A program made the position numbers and the translations under genes. This document shows positions 1 through 15,500 of a stretch of DNA of 64,000 nt, in pieces. The DNA is from Oikopleura dioica. Taxonomy: Eukaryota; Animalia; Chordata. The notes beneath the pieces are model-generated. The model saw only the letters and a list, made by a program, of their open reading frames with translations, had not been told where the DNA came from and did not search any database. Numbering within the stretch: the stretch's first letter is position 1; each line of letters opens with the position of its first letter. The stretch spans positions 9,548,001 through 9,612,000 of the forward strand of contig OU015567.1 in assembly GCA_907165135.1 (NCBI GenBank), given 5' to 3'.

Positions 1-2909
1 GTTTTAGCAGATTATGGCTTTTGCCCTTCCTTGTTATTTTCAAGTTAGATCATTGTTCGTGGAAGCTCTGTAATCATGAGGTTGAACCTTTGCTCTCACG
101 TGAGTGGTGGACCTTAAGAGTACGAGATACTGATAAGGGGGTGTAAATGGTTCTCGTTTGGGTGGTCGCCTGTGGTTTACGAAAATCGTTATCTGCGGAG
201 GGTGAACAAACTTTAGGAATTGCTGAAGTAACGATGATTTTTTCGATGTTCCATTTCAAGCTCAATACAGTACGTCTTGCGCAAGTGCTGACGACTTGTT
301 GAGTTGTATGTCAAAATAAGTTTAGGGCGTGCTGCGCGGATTGAAAATTGTAAAACAAATATTCGAAGCACCTGTCGAGGACGCCTTGCTTGATAAGTTC
401 GTTTTGGTTCTGCATTAATATCTTTATCCGCTCTACAGGAGCCGCGGATGTTTTCGACACGCATGCCGCGAAGCCTTAAGGAGCAGGGTTCAGAAATAAT
501 CGCATCTTCTAACTTAGGATCATATCTTTTAGCCAAGAACACTCTTTACTCAAATGTTTTCCTTTCGAAAATCGACTTCAATTAACGCTAGCTCGCCGGT
601 TTACTGGAAGACACATCCTGTCTTTCCTGCTCATGTTTTTGCCACTTATTTAATCAAAAGTGATTCGGAGCACCACTTGGTCAATTTTAAGGTCGCTATT
701 AACCCTTTCTTCTATCCTTTTTGCAGCGCTGGGGGGATTAAAATAAATTAAAAATTGCAACTCGTCAGAAGACGTAAACATGGGTAAGACCCTTAAGTTC
801 AAGTCGTTAGGTTTACCGACGAACTGATCCAGAACACTGTCTGTTTATTTCGACAACTTTTTATCCGAAAGAATTCCTTATCAGTGAAAATATTTGGACC
901 GCACAAGTCCTCTAAGTATACGACATGGCTAAAACAATACAATTCGAGGTGCGTTTTACTCCCTGCAACGCACGTGAAGCAGTTTACACGATGCATGTTG
1001 CAAATGTCAAGTACGAAAAAACTAGCGCTACCTTAAGTCAATTATAATTGATGTTAACTCAGCGGAGCACGAATTAATAGAGAGCCACTTATTGACAATT
1101 TATTTCTTGTTGACTTTACAAGCTCTTTGACGCCGATAACAAAATTATTTTCTTTTAAAATCGTTGTTTACAAGTCTAAATTTGTTCAAAAATGATGAAA
1201 TATGTCAAGCGTCGAATTCAAGAGAGCCCTACTAAGTCTTATCAGTTCATGGTTCAATATACCGAAAACACGCAGATAAGTAGCGACCCATTCCAATTAA
1301 TACCCATGCAGTTTTTTTCGTGGACCGATTTTCATCGCAAAAACAATGTAAAAATAAGGATAGAAGTTCAAATTTAAAAAAGATAACAGACCCTAAAGTA
1401 CCGGGCTTTGGTCAACGATAACGTTCGCCCTATCTAAATAAAACTACTCAGATAAGCACGGGTTTGCCAGACTTTGCCCTTGTGGCTAATATCAGGTCAC
1501 TCTAGGAAAACGCATGTTTAGACGAGTTCCGAAATCAAGCTGACAAATTCGAATATCAAAAAATTATACGCCGTACTTTTTTTTCCAAATTCAACCTGTT
1601 GCCAAATTATTTAATTAATCCGCAAGTCACAGTCTTGATTATTTCCGAACCCTGACGGAGAGGCCAAAGTTCTCGGCGGGTGACAGGCGTTTCATTCTAA
1701 TGAAGATTAATTTGAATTTCAGACGTCTTCCGCTTTTCACCAGGTCATGGTCAAGCCATTCAAATTTATTCGCAAACGTTCTCAAGAGACATTCTCTTGA
1801 TGCACAGCCGAGTTTGGTCACGAAGGAATTGCATATTCAATCTTTTGGCAGTAAAAAGTAATATGGCAGGGGAACATTTTTCTTCGTGAAATTTTCTCGA
1901 CTTCTGGTTTTTTGTTTGTTTTTGAACAAATAAGAGATTTTTCGATGGAATGCCAAAGTAAATTTAAAAAATGACCGGCATTCAATGACTAATTTCAAAA
2001 TTTATTTCATACTGTCGGAAGTGTTTTGATTTGCGTCCAACCAACGTGACTAGGGTTTATCATTTTATAAATCATTATTCTTCTCTATCATTTGTTTCCT
2101 AAACTAACCTTTGGTCAGACTAACCAATCCACAATGTTTTTCAAGAAGCACGACATGGTGATAAAACGACTCAGTTTTTATGATCCTCGATGAAAAAAAT
2201 CGTCAACCAATAAAAACAAAAAACCATGCCTAAAATTGTCTTCAGGGTCTGTGGCGTTTGAGATGATCGACATGGTCACGGTATGCCAGAGCATATGACA
2301 GATTTAGGTTGCTTTTAAAAGAGGTCCCAGAAACATCTCTTTTCTTCAGATTCCTGCGGTTTTCCATACATGCAAAACTCGCAATTTCTAGGGCCGTTAC
2401 TGATCCCCTGTTGAATAATTCTTGGTGGGCTCATCTTCAAACTATTTGGCGTAATAAAAGCATTGGAATTTGAAAGAAATGCAATCAAACGCCGCTTCTA
2501 TTTTGGCTAATCATGTGTTTCTTTATTCCATGAAAATGACGACCTGGGAGTCGATCCAGATTTTCGGTTTTATTTTGGATGCTCCTACCAAGAAAATCGC
2601 GTTTTCACGAAACCAAGCACCCGGACGACTCGAATCGTATAATCGGACTAGCCAGAAATCATATAATTATCGAGGAAACGAGCGCGTTCACAAGATATTC
2701 AGTAAATGTTTCTGCTTTAGTCACTGCTTTATATGAAACGAGAAGTTTTTAGAAAAAGAAAGTTTCGTTTCCGGGCCCGCTAATTCACGAGTTATTTACT
2801 TAACATCTCATCCCAGCAACCGCCTCTTTGTTACAACTGTACATTTTCATATAGTAAACAGGATAGTCTTGCACGTAATATCACTCGACTCCCGCGTGAC
2901 CCTCGAAAT

Positions 2910-5900
2910 TTACGAAACAACGATTCTTACTACGTTTTTCGTCTGAACCTTTTGTTGTGTCAGAGTCGAACTTATACTTTGGGATGTCACGACCTCGTGC
3001 CTTGGTGGAATGCCGACTTGGTAATCCTTCCTGTGGAGCATTTCGGCCCAGAAGGGGTGCTTCCGAAAAGGCTGAAGTTTGAAGTTTTGCATTTCCCAGA
3101 GCGAGATTCCAGCCGAATGAATGCAGCCGCCGCCTAGAAGGAACATTCTTCATTACGTCAAAAGAACAAGCCAGAGGGTCGTGGAGATTGTCTAATTCAA
3201 CTACTTGTACTTACCAACAAGGAGCATTTCCCCAGAAGGATCTTTGCCATCTTCCCAATCAATTCCATACTGCCCTTTCCGAATATAGATAGCAACGGGA
3301 TGCCCACGTGTTAAATTTACGATTGGCTTAAATTAGGGAAACGGAAACATCGTTGCGACTATCAGACTTGTTAAACCAGCAGATGCTCATCCTCTAACCC
3401 TTTCCTTGTCCATCCAGCAGAATATATGTTCGTCGATTTTTCTTATTGCAGCTTTATTTTGTTATTGAGAAGAACTAAACCATTAAATGGCAATTAAATT
3501 TCAATTTCATAATCTGTTTTGGCATAACAATTCCTGGTATAACGGGCGATCGATGATATAATCTGACAAAAACGGACAATACATCGTCCTCAGTTATCTT
3601 CAAAAGTCCATCGACTGGGAGAGATAAGTCCATTAGCGTGAAATTATTCGTGAACAGGGCTGGATGATTTGTCCCCGAACACGTTAACACGTCGCCGTTC
3701 GGAGATTTATCTGCACAAGTGGGATCAAAAGACGACGTAAAAATGATGATTCAAAAAAGATGATTTTTATGCAAGGCAGGGAAATTCATATTTTGCATAA
3801 TACTGCATTAGCTCAAATTGCTATGTTAACTAAGTACAAACATGCATATAAAACAAACAGCAGCTTGTTAGACTTCTCCAGGGCGAGAAAAATCGGCGCA
3901 AGTAGCAATTTAGAAAATTACAACATGGACGCAAAATCAGTTACCCACTAATGCCTCGAGTAAGCAAATGCAGGTGCTTCTCGTTCTCTTGAAACGGTTT
4001 TAGATGAGCTCCCCTTACGAAAAGCATTACTGGCTTTGATCGTGGATTAGCCGGATTCGGGAAGAGACGGAAATCTAAAGTTATTCTTCTTCAATCACTC
4101 GAAAGAAAAAACTGAGGGTCGGATCATTGAAATTGAGATACTCCTGGTCTTTTTATATGATTTTTTGGACGAAATGAGGGGAACCAGGAGTTCTCAATTA
4201 CTACTAACTATACTTTCTTAGTCAGCAATTTTGATATTTGTCCACATTTTTGTTCTAAATCAGCGCGTTTTTTCGATGTTCTTGCACGTTCAATGCAAGA
4301 TGGTTTTCTAGTGGCATGCTTCGATTGGCATTTTCAGCTATTCAGAGGAACAAGAAACATCTCAGGGTGGATTTTCACAAGCGCGCAGGCGGCGAATTCT
4401 TACGCGCTGAACAAAGTTGTAATATAAATACCAACTTGCTGAGCACGATCTTCTGCCGTTCATTTAAGCTAACTAGATTCATAAATTGGATGTTTCCACT
4501 GCGGAAATTCTTTAAGACAGACGTGAAAATGCTCCAACAAACTCTGCTCAAGAAGCAAGAATCAGCGAGTTTGACTAAAAGTGTCCAAGAAAGACTATCA
4601 GAATCTCTTAGCAGTCCTTGTTCAGGGTACTGATAAGGACCTTAGTGTTGATATGAGCATTTAATCGGCTTTCCGTGCGGCCGGTTGTTCGACAAGGACT
4701 GAGATACCGTGTCGAACGTGAAGGAAGAGAATCCTGTACTAGTGAAGGCGTGTTCCAAGTCTTGCAAATCGTATTTTGACCGAAGATAAATTATGACGCG
4801 GAAAAAGCTGATTAGTTTAACTCGAGAGCTAAAATGGTGAATGAGCGTCTTCCAACGAGAGAAGGAAGTAGATAAACTCATCGTATGAGCGATTATCCAG
4901 TAGCCGTTCTAGAGACATTTTAGAATCCTTCCTGCGCGATGATTTGATTAATAGAACTTTCATTTTTTGAACCATTTAAAATGAAAAAAAAAATACATCG
5001 GATTCAAAAAAGATAGTCTAGGTTAGAAGTGCGTGCATAAAAATGTCAAGAATTTTTCACTGAAATTGTGAATTCCGGAATTTGAATATCAAGAGCTCAC
5101 AAGGCTCGGCCATTCCATCTCTCTGATAATTTAAAACTTGGGAGAAATCAAGAGTACAGGGCACTTTTGCCCGCACGTTTTTACTGCAGATGATGATCCA
5201 CGTCCCTCGGAATCACATTAGACGAATCCAATAAAATTCACGAAATTAGCAGGCGGGTGATATTTGAAACCGAATCTGATTTTTACACCTTTCTAATCCC
5301 CTTGCTCAAATGATCAATGAGATTTGCCTTCCCTACCGTTCTAGCGGTTTTTATCTTTTTCTAGCGGTTCCCCCGGAAAAATTTTAAAAACAACTGTTTG
5401 TTCTGAAACATGCTCTACAAAGTTGACTCATTCAAAGGTGTCTTAAAGCAAGAAGTTACGAAAGATGAGTCCTAAGTCCGACCGATCCCCGAGTCTTGCT
5501 AAATCGCTCGGATCAAATCTATCTACCAAATAAAAGTCTAAGAGGCTTGGATCGTCGTATTAGTGGCTTGAAGATTGTATAACTTGCTGCTCGCACTGCG
5601 TCTGGCTTTTGATCCCCGACTACGACCGCAATTGGCCTCTTCCGATGGTTTCTCTCCTTCGTTTGAAACTTGGTCCGTTGGCCCACCGCAACGCCATAAA
5701 TCGGAAACGCGCGCTTCCCTGTGTGGAAGTTTAACAAGTCGCATCCCTGTGCTTTTATTTCAGTAGTAAAATATTATTTTAACTGAACGAGGGTTGACTA
5801 ATTCAATGTTCACTTTAGTTTGTGGCATGAACTTTATTGGAACTAAGATCATTATTTTAGCCATGTTCAGCTACTCGTAAGAAATTTAAGAAAGAAACGA

Positions 5901-8900
5901 ATAACAGTACCAAGAATAAGATATTTTAACTTTTTTTAATGTTTCTCTCAACGGTTCGAATTTAAATTACCTGCTTCAGCTTATTTTTGTTAATTGTTCC
6001 CAATAGATGAACAACTCGACGAATTATTTTCTACAACCTCTAACACTAATTAACTCAATGTTCCAAGCGCTTGTTAGACTATTCACTAGAAATTTTCCAC
6101 TGTCGATGTCGAAGATCTTCTTGCTGAGTCACGTGATGAGATTATTTGTTAACAAAACAGCTTATCTATCGCTAGAAATAATGTTTTGGCTCCTGTGGCA
6201 AGGCGGAGAAACAACATCGAATATTATCACAATTATTCTAAATGTGAGGCTTATTTTAGAGGATATGATGTCGCTTTAGAAGGACAGGATTCTTGCGACA
6301 TGTGTACGCCGGCAACATACGACCCGAGTTGGGTTTTGAAGGGTGTGCTCACAATAATCAAATGCTCTCGACGCAGTAAATTTGCTTCATAAATACGCTT
6401 AGGTTAAATTCGTCTTAGTGCTTAGGATCGTTGATAAAACACTTCATCATTCGAAAGAGTAGAGCACTGTTTCATTTGGAGCGAATAATCTTAAGCCTGA
6501 GCAGCTCGAAATTCAGAGCTTGAACTATTGAAGATGCTTCTCTTAATTATCGAGACATCTTTAAAAAATAAGAGCAACGTGAGGAAGTAAAGCGATACAG
6601 AATCTCGGATATGATGTTCGTTGAAAATGCCTTTGAAGCTCTTAAGATTAACCCTGCTCAGTCATCTTCGCGGGTCTAGACACGCGTGGCATGGAGATAT
6701 CTTTTGTCAGCGCTTGACCTGAACATTTTATCTGTATAGAAATGGAAAGGAAGAAAACGTTGCCACTGTTTTTCCTTTGTGTTTTTATAAAAGAAATCTC
6801 ATCACGTTCCTGAAAGGGTCGAAAAGATAATCAGACAAGAAATCTGACATGCGTCGCTTCCCAATAAAACACACTCCCATGCTTTCTTTCTTCATCGCCA
6901 AGTCTCCAAGTCCATGTTCGGTCGCAATCGCTTTCACCACGTTTTTATTCAACGAGCCTAGAGGAAACTCCACTATATTCTGGGTGTTCACTTTGGTCAA
7001 ATCCGAATTACTGTCACTTGTTCAGACAAGTGGAGAAAAATCGCTTACAACATTTTGAAAATTCTTTGGGCGCTTTACAGGAAATTCAGAACTAATCACT
7101 CGTACCAGATTTGAGCAAAATAACCATCAAATATAACATTACCGTGAGTTTGCCCAACATTTTCGCCAAAATGAGTAAATTACTGTTGTAGAAAAAATAA
7201 AGAAATGACCACTGCGAAAAATGATCAACATGCGTGATCAGAGCATGATGACATTTCTGTGGGTACTTATCGCTCCCAATGACAGTCATTTAACTTGGTG
7301 AGCACCCTAATCATTCTCGATCTGTGGCGCGCTAAGCCGTGAGAGATAGAACGTTTGGTCTTTGAGTGAATCGATGGATGGTGGGTTCGCAAATAAGCCC
7401 CTTCGTAGAAGAAGAGCATCTAATGTGGAATGTCTCCTAATTGACACTGCTCCCTTCCGACGAATTTTCGCTTGACTCTTTCTGACTCAGAAAGTATTAA
7501 AACTATGCTAATGCACGAGCGTGATTATAGACGACGCTGACGAGCATTATTATGTCTAACCACTGCTAATTGGAATGACTTTAATTTAAAAACATTGCGA
7601 ACCCACTTCTTGCTGTGGCAATCAGTTTCTGACCTCCCGGTTTCGCCTTCCTCAGACTCGCATAATGCCCCGTCGCTTATAGAGAGGACGCCACTTGATC
7701 AGTTTTTGCCTCCCTGTATAAAAAAGTGAACATTTTCGAATTCTTATTCGAGGGAATCGTAAGGACAAGGAATTTCTAGTACTTTGGGTGTTCGCTAGTT
7801 GGTAATTAGCGGGCTGAGTAAGATACTTATCGCAGTCATGAATGGACCGATTGCGGACATGTAAAAAAGGCACCCTCTGCAATCAATTCAAGAGACATCT
7901 GACTCAGAAAAAATTATGACGGATGAGTTTCTGCTCAATTTTTCGCAAAACGAGCTTTTTAATTCTCTTTTTATCGTGGGCATTAATATGATATAATTAT
8001 ATCCTTGTTTCGCCAGTATTTAACTTGTAAGTCCCTGGTCTTTCCGGAGATACTGCATAAATTCGAATTACGAGAATGAAAAGCAGCCATGATGATAGCA
8101 AAATATCCTTCCGTTGTAAAATGATATCAGAAGAGAAAGTTTGGTTGCTAAATTTGCACTTTGAATTCAACTTGACCAAAATTACATGCCCATCGACCGA
8201 GTAATTCCAGCTCCTTAACTTTAACGAGGCAAATTTTGAAATTTTGCGACCTAAAGCCATTTACTCATATAATTGCGGATATCCGTCACTAGAAGTTCAT
8301 GTTTCAAAAACATAATTATTTTCGATTTCCGATCAGGAGTGGTATTTTACCACAAATAGTTCGTCCCGTCCCGAATCGATCAAAATTAATTTGATTCTTT
8401 GCTAAATGTGAGTTGGACATAATTGAAGAAAGAATGAGTTTTTGTTGTACCTGATTACAGTTGTCCACTTCTCTCAAAGCAATTTGAGCAAATTTAATTA
8501 ATAAATTAATAAGTAAAACTCTTTTCACTGAGGATTCCTCAGAAAATTAAATAGCGAACCTTACGTTGAAATAATCATTATCCAATTAAACATTGTTATT
8601 TTCTAAATTATTTTTTTTTTCAAACGAAACCAAAAAATAATATTTAAAGATCTGTAACGTGTCTTTCCCTGTTTTTCATCAAAACAAAATCCGAATATTA
8701 AATTGTGTCCAAAATAAACTCTGTATTAAAATTTTTAAAAGGAAAATGATCCACTTACAAGAAACATCAATTTTGGCAATAAATTTAATTTCGCAGCGTA
8801 CAAGTCGACGAAAAAAAAGTCCAACCCGTTCCTTTCTTCAGCATCGCATCAAATTTAATCCGCTCATTGCATAGCTTTGTTAGGAATGCAAATTCCTGCC

Positions 8901-9661
8901 CTTCTAAAAACCAGAAGATACATACACACAGGCAGCACCTGATCGCAACAGCGCTAATCCTACTTTGAATTCGTTTAAAAATTTCAAAAAGAAGGAGCTG
9001 CGCGACGCGCTACTTCTCGGAAATTTGCATATCGGGCCTTGGACGTCGAGTTATTTAATAGAACCTTTATGAATTCGATTTTTCGCACCCTCGTGGAACT
9101 TGTCTGTGTTAACGGTTTCGCGTAAATTAGTCACGTGACAATTTTACATGTTTTAGAGATGACTTTAAGTGGCATGCAAAGCCGCTAGTGAAAACCTGTC
9201 AAAGGAAATCAGCATAAACTTATGACTCAATAACTCTTTCCTGATCGATATTAAAGCTACTGGCATTCTGTGTGCTTTCCAAAAAGGGTTCAAAAACTTC
9301 TGTCCAATATTCTTTCACACAGTTGAGTTCAACAAGCTCGATTTTAAGATGATCAGCGACAGCTCTGGCTGATTCAAAGTCCGCATCTGCCTGGCAAACT
9401 CCAAGCTCATCCTTGCCATCCCAATTTCGGGAGTGAACTCCAACAACCTCATGTCCCCGTTGCTTCATTCTTGGATAAGAGACAGTCGCTAGCCCTTTAA
9501 TAATAAAAATTGCTCAAGCGCAAATGGTAGCCAATTATTATCTATCGAAAAAGAAAGAATCTCAGTCCTAGCTTGAGCAAAATCGCTGCAACTGCGGAAT
9601 CAACACCACCCGACAATGCAACAGCAACACGCAATTTTCTCAATGAAACGAAGCGCATCAT
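2910..9661 (-). CDS. TRMU: Mitochondrial tRNA 2-thiouridylase (MnmA/TRMU), multi-exon, complete copy
   Basis: Ordered exons on the minus strand: [16 protein letters not shown] (from 9661), [14 protein letters not shown]...[32 protein letters not shown]...[37 protein letters not shown] (from 3710), [19 protein letters not shown] to the stop at 2910. Several internal exon boundaries are approximate. Confidence 0.9.
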
Positions 9662-9759
9662 TCTAATCCAAATTGGCGTGTCACTGTCTTTGTATTTTCA
9701 ACCGCACAAGCGTATTTTTGCTTTATTAACAAAAACAAAGCTTTGCAGGAAATTCACTT

Positions 9760-11124
9760 TCAGGCTCTCTTCTTCTTTCGTTTTCCATCTGGCGTTTTTC
9801 CGCCTTTGCGCTTCACCGGAGCATCTCCATTTTCAGCCTTTTTCTCCACTCGTTCTCGTCCGATAGAAATGTTCGCTACTGATTTTCGCGTTGACAATTC
9901 TTGCGACCAGTCGTTGTCATTTCCCTGGAAATAATATTTAGAATTGTTTCGAATTAAATCTTTTCTATTCGAAAATTTCGAAATGGACAATTTGGAAATT
10001 TTGAAATAATAAAATAAGCGCGAGCGTCATCGTTATTTAAGCTTATATATTCTTCAATAAAACTTATCTCAAGTTTATATAATCATGTCATTAATTTTTA
10101 AAGAAAACAGCTTGCTGGAATCAACAAGGAGAACCCAGTTTTCAACTCTTACTTTAATTTTATACTGCTGCAGTGCCTTGACCAATTCTTGCTTCTCCTT
10201 GGCCTGCTCTTCCTTGATTTTCGCTGCTTCTTCGTCCAGCACCGCATCGATTGCTCCTTCGTCTCCTTCTTCGATTTCCAGGTTCACCTTGGACTGTGGC
10301 AGATTAAGTTCTGCCTCAGCCTTGATCTAAATTATCAAACACTGATTCTTTGTTATTACAATTTTTGGTAATACCGTCTCTAATCTTTTGACTTCTTCGT
10401 TTATTCTAATAATAGCGCGCTTGAAATGACCCAGGATTTGACTTGAAGGCATCGGTGGTAGTTGAGAGGTAAGGCTGATTTCCGACAGCTCATCCACCTT
10501 ACGAAACAGTTTATGTAATGTATTCCATGCATAAATTATGCAGCGTAATGAAAGGTTAAAGATACTTATCCGCTAAATAAAGCAGCGAATCGATTGTTAT
10601 TAAAATAATTACCGATTTGTATTGAAGCCCAAGCGCGACTAAAATCGCTTTCTGCTGCACAGAGAGTCCCTTGATTGTGATTTCTCCGGTAAAAATCATC
10701 TTGACAATCTGCGGCAGGATATCAACAATCAAATGATAATCGACAACTCCTTTTCCATACAGCTCCATTCGCTCCAGGTCGTACGCAGTGAAATAGGTTT
10801 TCAAAAGACGCAATGATTCCGCATCTTCGGAGCTGGATTTACGACTGGTTTCGAGGATCTGCAAAGCCACAGCTGGCGAAAATCGACGAAATTCATAGCC
10901 GAGCAGCGAGGCGAATCGCCGACTCGATTCGGTTTATTATATTTGAAAAAGAGCAGAGTTTTTGTCCATATCATAATTGCGATAAAAGCTTGTTTATCAT
11001 AAAGCCGTTCCTGAAATCATCCTGGAATCCTCTCAGGTACGCTCCAGAGCCTCGGATTGATTTTAAAAACACAGTAGAATGCTCCCCAGTTGTATCGTTT
11101 GCGTTTTGACGCATGTAAACTGCC
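9760..11124 (-). pseudogene. NAT10: Duplicated 3' fragment of NAT10 (C-terminal exons only)
   Basis: Copy of 16677-18041 ([16 protein letters not shown] ... YDLERMELY ... KRKKKRA*). Upstream NAT10 exons are absent from this unit. Confidence 0.85.
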
Positions 11125-12527
11125 CTAAAAAGTTCATGAGTAAATAAAATTCATCGAGAATTTAAACAAGGACGCTTTTGATCGATATTTCTTATTCCGA
11201 GAAAAAGCCCTCGTCAAATATTTTTATGAGTTCTTTGGCTCTTTTTTAAAAAGAGATTCTTCGAAGTTCTTTTATTCATAATCACATTCGTCTTCCTTCT
11301 TTTAATGGCTGCCGAAAATCGAAGGTACTGTTCGAAGACAAAGTGTAACGAGGGCAAATTGATTATCGATAGCGTCATTTGACTGAGAGGGGTCAATATT
11401 TTTCTAGCACATTAATAAAACCTGGAGTAATAAGAGAAGAGGATTCTGAAGACATCATGCCCTCGATGACCTCAGATGGTGGTAACGACTGTGCCAAGAT
11501 GGGTCATTCTAAGTCTGCAGCTTCCCTCGAGGGTCAAGCCAGCGGATAGTTGCGCCAGAATGACGTAACACACTCCTAATCCTATTTTTCACAAAAAGAC
11601 CTCTCGTTAGACACTCACATTATTTCGCGAAAAACGAAGTCTGTTGAAAATCCCTTTTCGGGGAGGAAGGACAATCGATAAAGAAGAGCAAATTCGAGAA
11701 AAATTTTTATATCGAGATTCGTAATCGTGAAGCGCCATCGAATCGGAGAGGACAGAAGTTTATGTAATATTTTTGTAAGTAGATAAACTCATCGTATGAG
11801 CGATTATCCAGTAGCCGTTCTAGAGACATTTTAGAATCCTTCCTGCGCGATGATTTGATTAATAGAACTTTCATTTTTTGAACCATTTAAAATGAAAAAA
11901 AAAATACATCGGATTCAAAAAAGATAGTCTAGGTTAGAAGTGCGTGCATAAAAATGTCAAGAATTTTTCACTGAAATTGTGAATTCCGGAATTTGAATAT
12001 CAAGAGCTCACAAGGCTCGGCCATTCCATCTCTCTGATAATTTAAAACTTGGGAGAAATCAAGAGTACAGGGCACTTTTGCCCGCACGTTTTTACTGCAG
12101 ATGATGATCCACGTCCCTCGGAATCACATTAGACGAATCCAATAAAATTCACGAAATTAGCAGGCGGGTGATATTTGAAACCGAATCTGATTTTTACACC
12201 TTTCTAATCCCCTTGCTCAAATGATCAATGAGATTTGCCTTCCCTACCGTTCTAGCGGTTTTTATCTTTTTCTAGCGGTTCCCCCGGAAAAATTTTAAAA
12301 ACAACTGTTTGTTCTGAAACATGCTCTACAAAGTTGACTCATTCAAAGGTGTCTTAAAGCAAGAAGTTACGAAAGATGAGTCCTAAGTCCGACCGATCCC
12401 CGAGTCTTGCTTAATCGCTCGGATCAAATCTATCTACCAAATAAAAGTCTAAGAGGCTTGGATCGTCGTATTAGTGGCTTGAAGATTGTATAACTTGCTG
12501 CTCGCACTGCGTCTGGCTTTTGATCCC

Positions 12528-15500
12528 CGACTACGACCGCAATTGGCCTCTTCCGATGGTTTCTCTCCTTCGTTTGAAACTTGGTCCGTTGGCCCACCGC
12601 AACGCCATAAATCGGAAACGCGCGCTTCCCTGTGTGGAAGTTTAACAAGTCGCATCCCTGTGCTTTTATTTCAGTAGTAAAATATTATTTTAACTGAACG
12701 AGGGTTGACTAATTCAATGTTCACTTTAGTTTGTGGCATGAACTTTATTGGAACTAAGATCATTATTTTAGCCATGTTCAGCTACTCGTAAGAAATTTAA
12801 GAAAGAAACGAATAACAGTACCAAGAATAAGATATTTTAACTTTTTTTAATGTTTCTCTCAACGGTTCGAATTTAAATTACCTGCTTCAGCTTATTTTTG
12901 TTAATTGTTCCCAATAGATGAACAACTCGACGAATTATTTTCTACAACCTCTAACACTAATTAACTCAATGTTCCAAGCGCTTGTTAGACTATTCACTAG
13001 AAATTTTCCACTGTCGATGTCGAAGATCTTCTTGCTGAGTCACGTGATGAGATTATTTGTTAACAAAACAGCTTATCTATCGCTAGAAATAATGTTTTGG
13101 CTCCTGTGGCAAGGCGGAGAAACAACATCGAATATTATCACAATTATTCTAAATGTGAGGCTTATTTTAGAGGATATGATGTCGCTTTAGAAGGACAGGA
13201 TTCTTGCGACATGTGTACGCCGGCAACATACGACCCGAGTTGGGTTTTGAAGGGTGTGCTCACAATAATCAAATGCTCTCGACGCAGTAAATTTGCTTCA
13301 TAAATACGCTTAGGTTAAATTCGTCTTAGTGCTTAGGATCGTTGATAAAACACTTCATCATTCGAAAGAGTAGAGCACTGTTTCATTTGGAGCGAATAAT
13401 CTTAAGCCTGAGCAGCTCGAAATTCAGAGCTTGAACTATTGAAGATGCTTCTCTTAATTATCGAGACATCTTTAAAAAATAAGAGCAACGTGAGGAAGTA
13501 AAGCGATACAGAATCTCGGATATGATGTTCGTTGAAAATGCCTTTGAAGCTCTTAAGATTAACCCTGCTCAGTCATCTTCGCGGGTCTAGACACGCGTGG
13601 CATGGAGATATCTTTTGTCAGCGCTTGACCTGAACATTTTATCTGTATAGAAATGGAAAGGAAGAAAACGTTGCCACTGTTTTTCCTTTGTGTTTTTATA
13701 AAAGAAATCTCATCACGTTCCTGAAAGGGTCGAAAAGATAATCAGACAAGAAATCTGACATGCGTCGCTTCCCAATAAAACACACTCCCATGCTTTCTTT
13801 CTTCATCGCCAAGTCTCCAAGTCCATGTTCGGTCGCAATCGCTTTCACCACGTTTTTATTCAACGAGCCTAGAGGAAACTCCACTATATTCTGGGTGTTC
13901 ACTTTGGTCAAATCCGAATTACTGTCACTTGTTCAGACAAGTGGAGAAAAATCGCTTACAACATTTTGAAAATTCTTTGGGCGCTTTACAGGAAATTCAG
14001 AACTAATCACTCGTACCAGATTTGAGCAAAATAACCATCAAATATAACATTACCGTGAGTTTGCCCAACATTTTCGCCAAAATGAGTAAATTACTGTTGT
14101 AGAAAAAATAAAGAAATGACCACTGCGAAAAATGATCAACATGCGTGATCAGAGCATGATGACATTTCTGTGGGTACTTATCGCTCCCAATGACAGTCAT
14201 TTAACTTGGTGAGCACCCTAATCATTCTCGATCTGTGGCGCGCTAAGCCGTGAGAGATAGAACGTTTGGTCTTTGAGTGAATCGATGGATGGTGGGTTCG
14301 CAAATAAGCCCCTTCGTAGAAGAAGAGCATCTAATGTGGAATGTCTCCTAATTGACACTGCTCCCTTCCGACGAATTTTCGCTTGACTCTTTCTGACTCA
14401 GAAAGTATTAAAACTATGCTAATGCACGAGCGTGATTATAGACGACGCTGACGAGCATTATTATGTCTAACCACTGCTAATTGGAATGACTTTAATTTAA
14501 AAACATTGCGAACCCACTTCTTGCTGTGGCAATCAGTTTCTGACCTCCCGGTTTCGCCTTCCTCAGACTCGCATAATGCCCCGTCGCTTATAGAGAGGAC
14601 GCCACTTGATCAGTTTTTGCCTCCCTGTATAAAAAAGTGAACATTTTCGAATTCTTATTCGAGGGAATCGTAAGGACAAGGAATTTCTAGTACTTTGGGT
14701 GTTCGCTAGTTGGTAATTAGCGGGCTGAGTAAGATACTTATCGCAGTCATGAATGGACCGATTGCGGACATGTAAAAAAGGCACCCTCTGCAATCAATTC
14801 AAGAGACATCTGACTCAGAAAAAAATTATGACGGATGAGTTTCTGCTCAATTTTTTCGCAAAACGAGCTTTTTTAATTCTCTCTTTTTTATCGTGGGCAT
14901 TAATATGATATAATTATATCCTTGTTTCGCCAGTATTTAACTTGTAAGTCCCTGGTCTTTCCGGAGATACTGCATAAATTCGAATTACGAGAATGAAAAG
15001 CAGCCATGATGATAGCAAAATATCCTTCCGTTGTAAAATGATATCAGAAGAGAAAGTTTGGTTGCTAAATTTGCACTTTGAATTCAACTTGACCAAAATT
15101 ACATGCCCATCGACCGAGTAATTCCAGCTCCTTAACTTTAACGAGGCAAATTTTGAAATTTTGCGACCTAAAGCCATTTACTCATATAATTGCGGATATC
15201 CGTCACTAGAAGTTCATGTTTCAAAAACATAATTATTTTCGATTTCCGATCAGGAGTGGTATTTTACCACAAATAGTTCGTCCCGTCCCGAATCGATCAA
15301 AATTAATTTGATTCTTTGCTAAATGTGAGTTGGACATAATTGAAGAAAGAATGAGTTTTTGTTGTACCTGATTACAGTTGTCCACTTCTCTCAAAGCAAT
15401 TTGAGCAAATTTAATTAATAAATTAATAAGTAAAACTCTTTTCACTGAGGATTCCTCAGAAAATTAAATAGCGAACCTTACGTTGAAATAATCATTATCC

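Noticed and set aside
1-2900. Short ORFs downstream of TRMU (213-542, 799-996, 1639-1821, 2470-2736)
   Set aside because: No recognisable motif or consistent exon chain could be built. A gene may be present but I cannot support a call.
4700-4770. [11 protein letters not shown] resembling the nested RING gene's [11 protein letters not shown]
   Set aside because: The match is too short, is flanked by stops and lacks the Zn ligands; probably chance.
5950-5970. GGTTCGAAT, tRNA T-loop-like
   Set aside because: No cloverleaf or A box around it.
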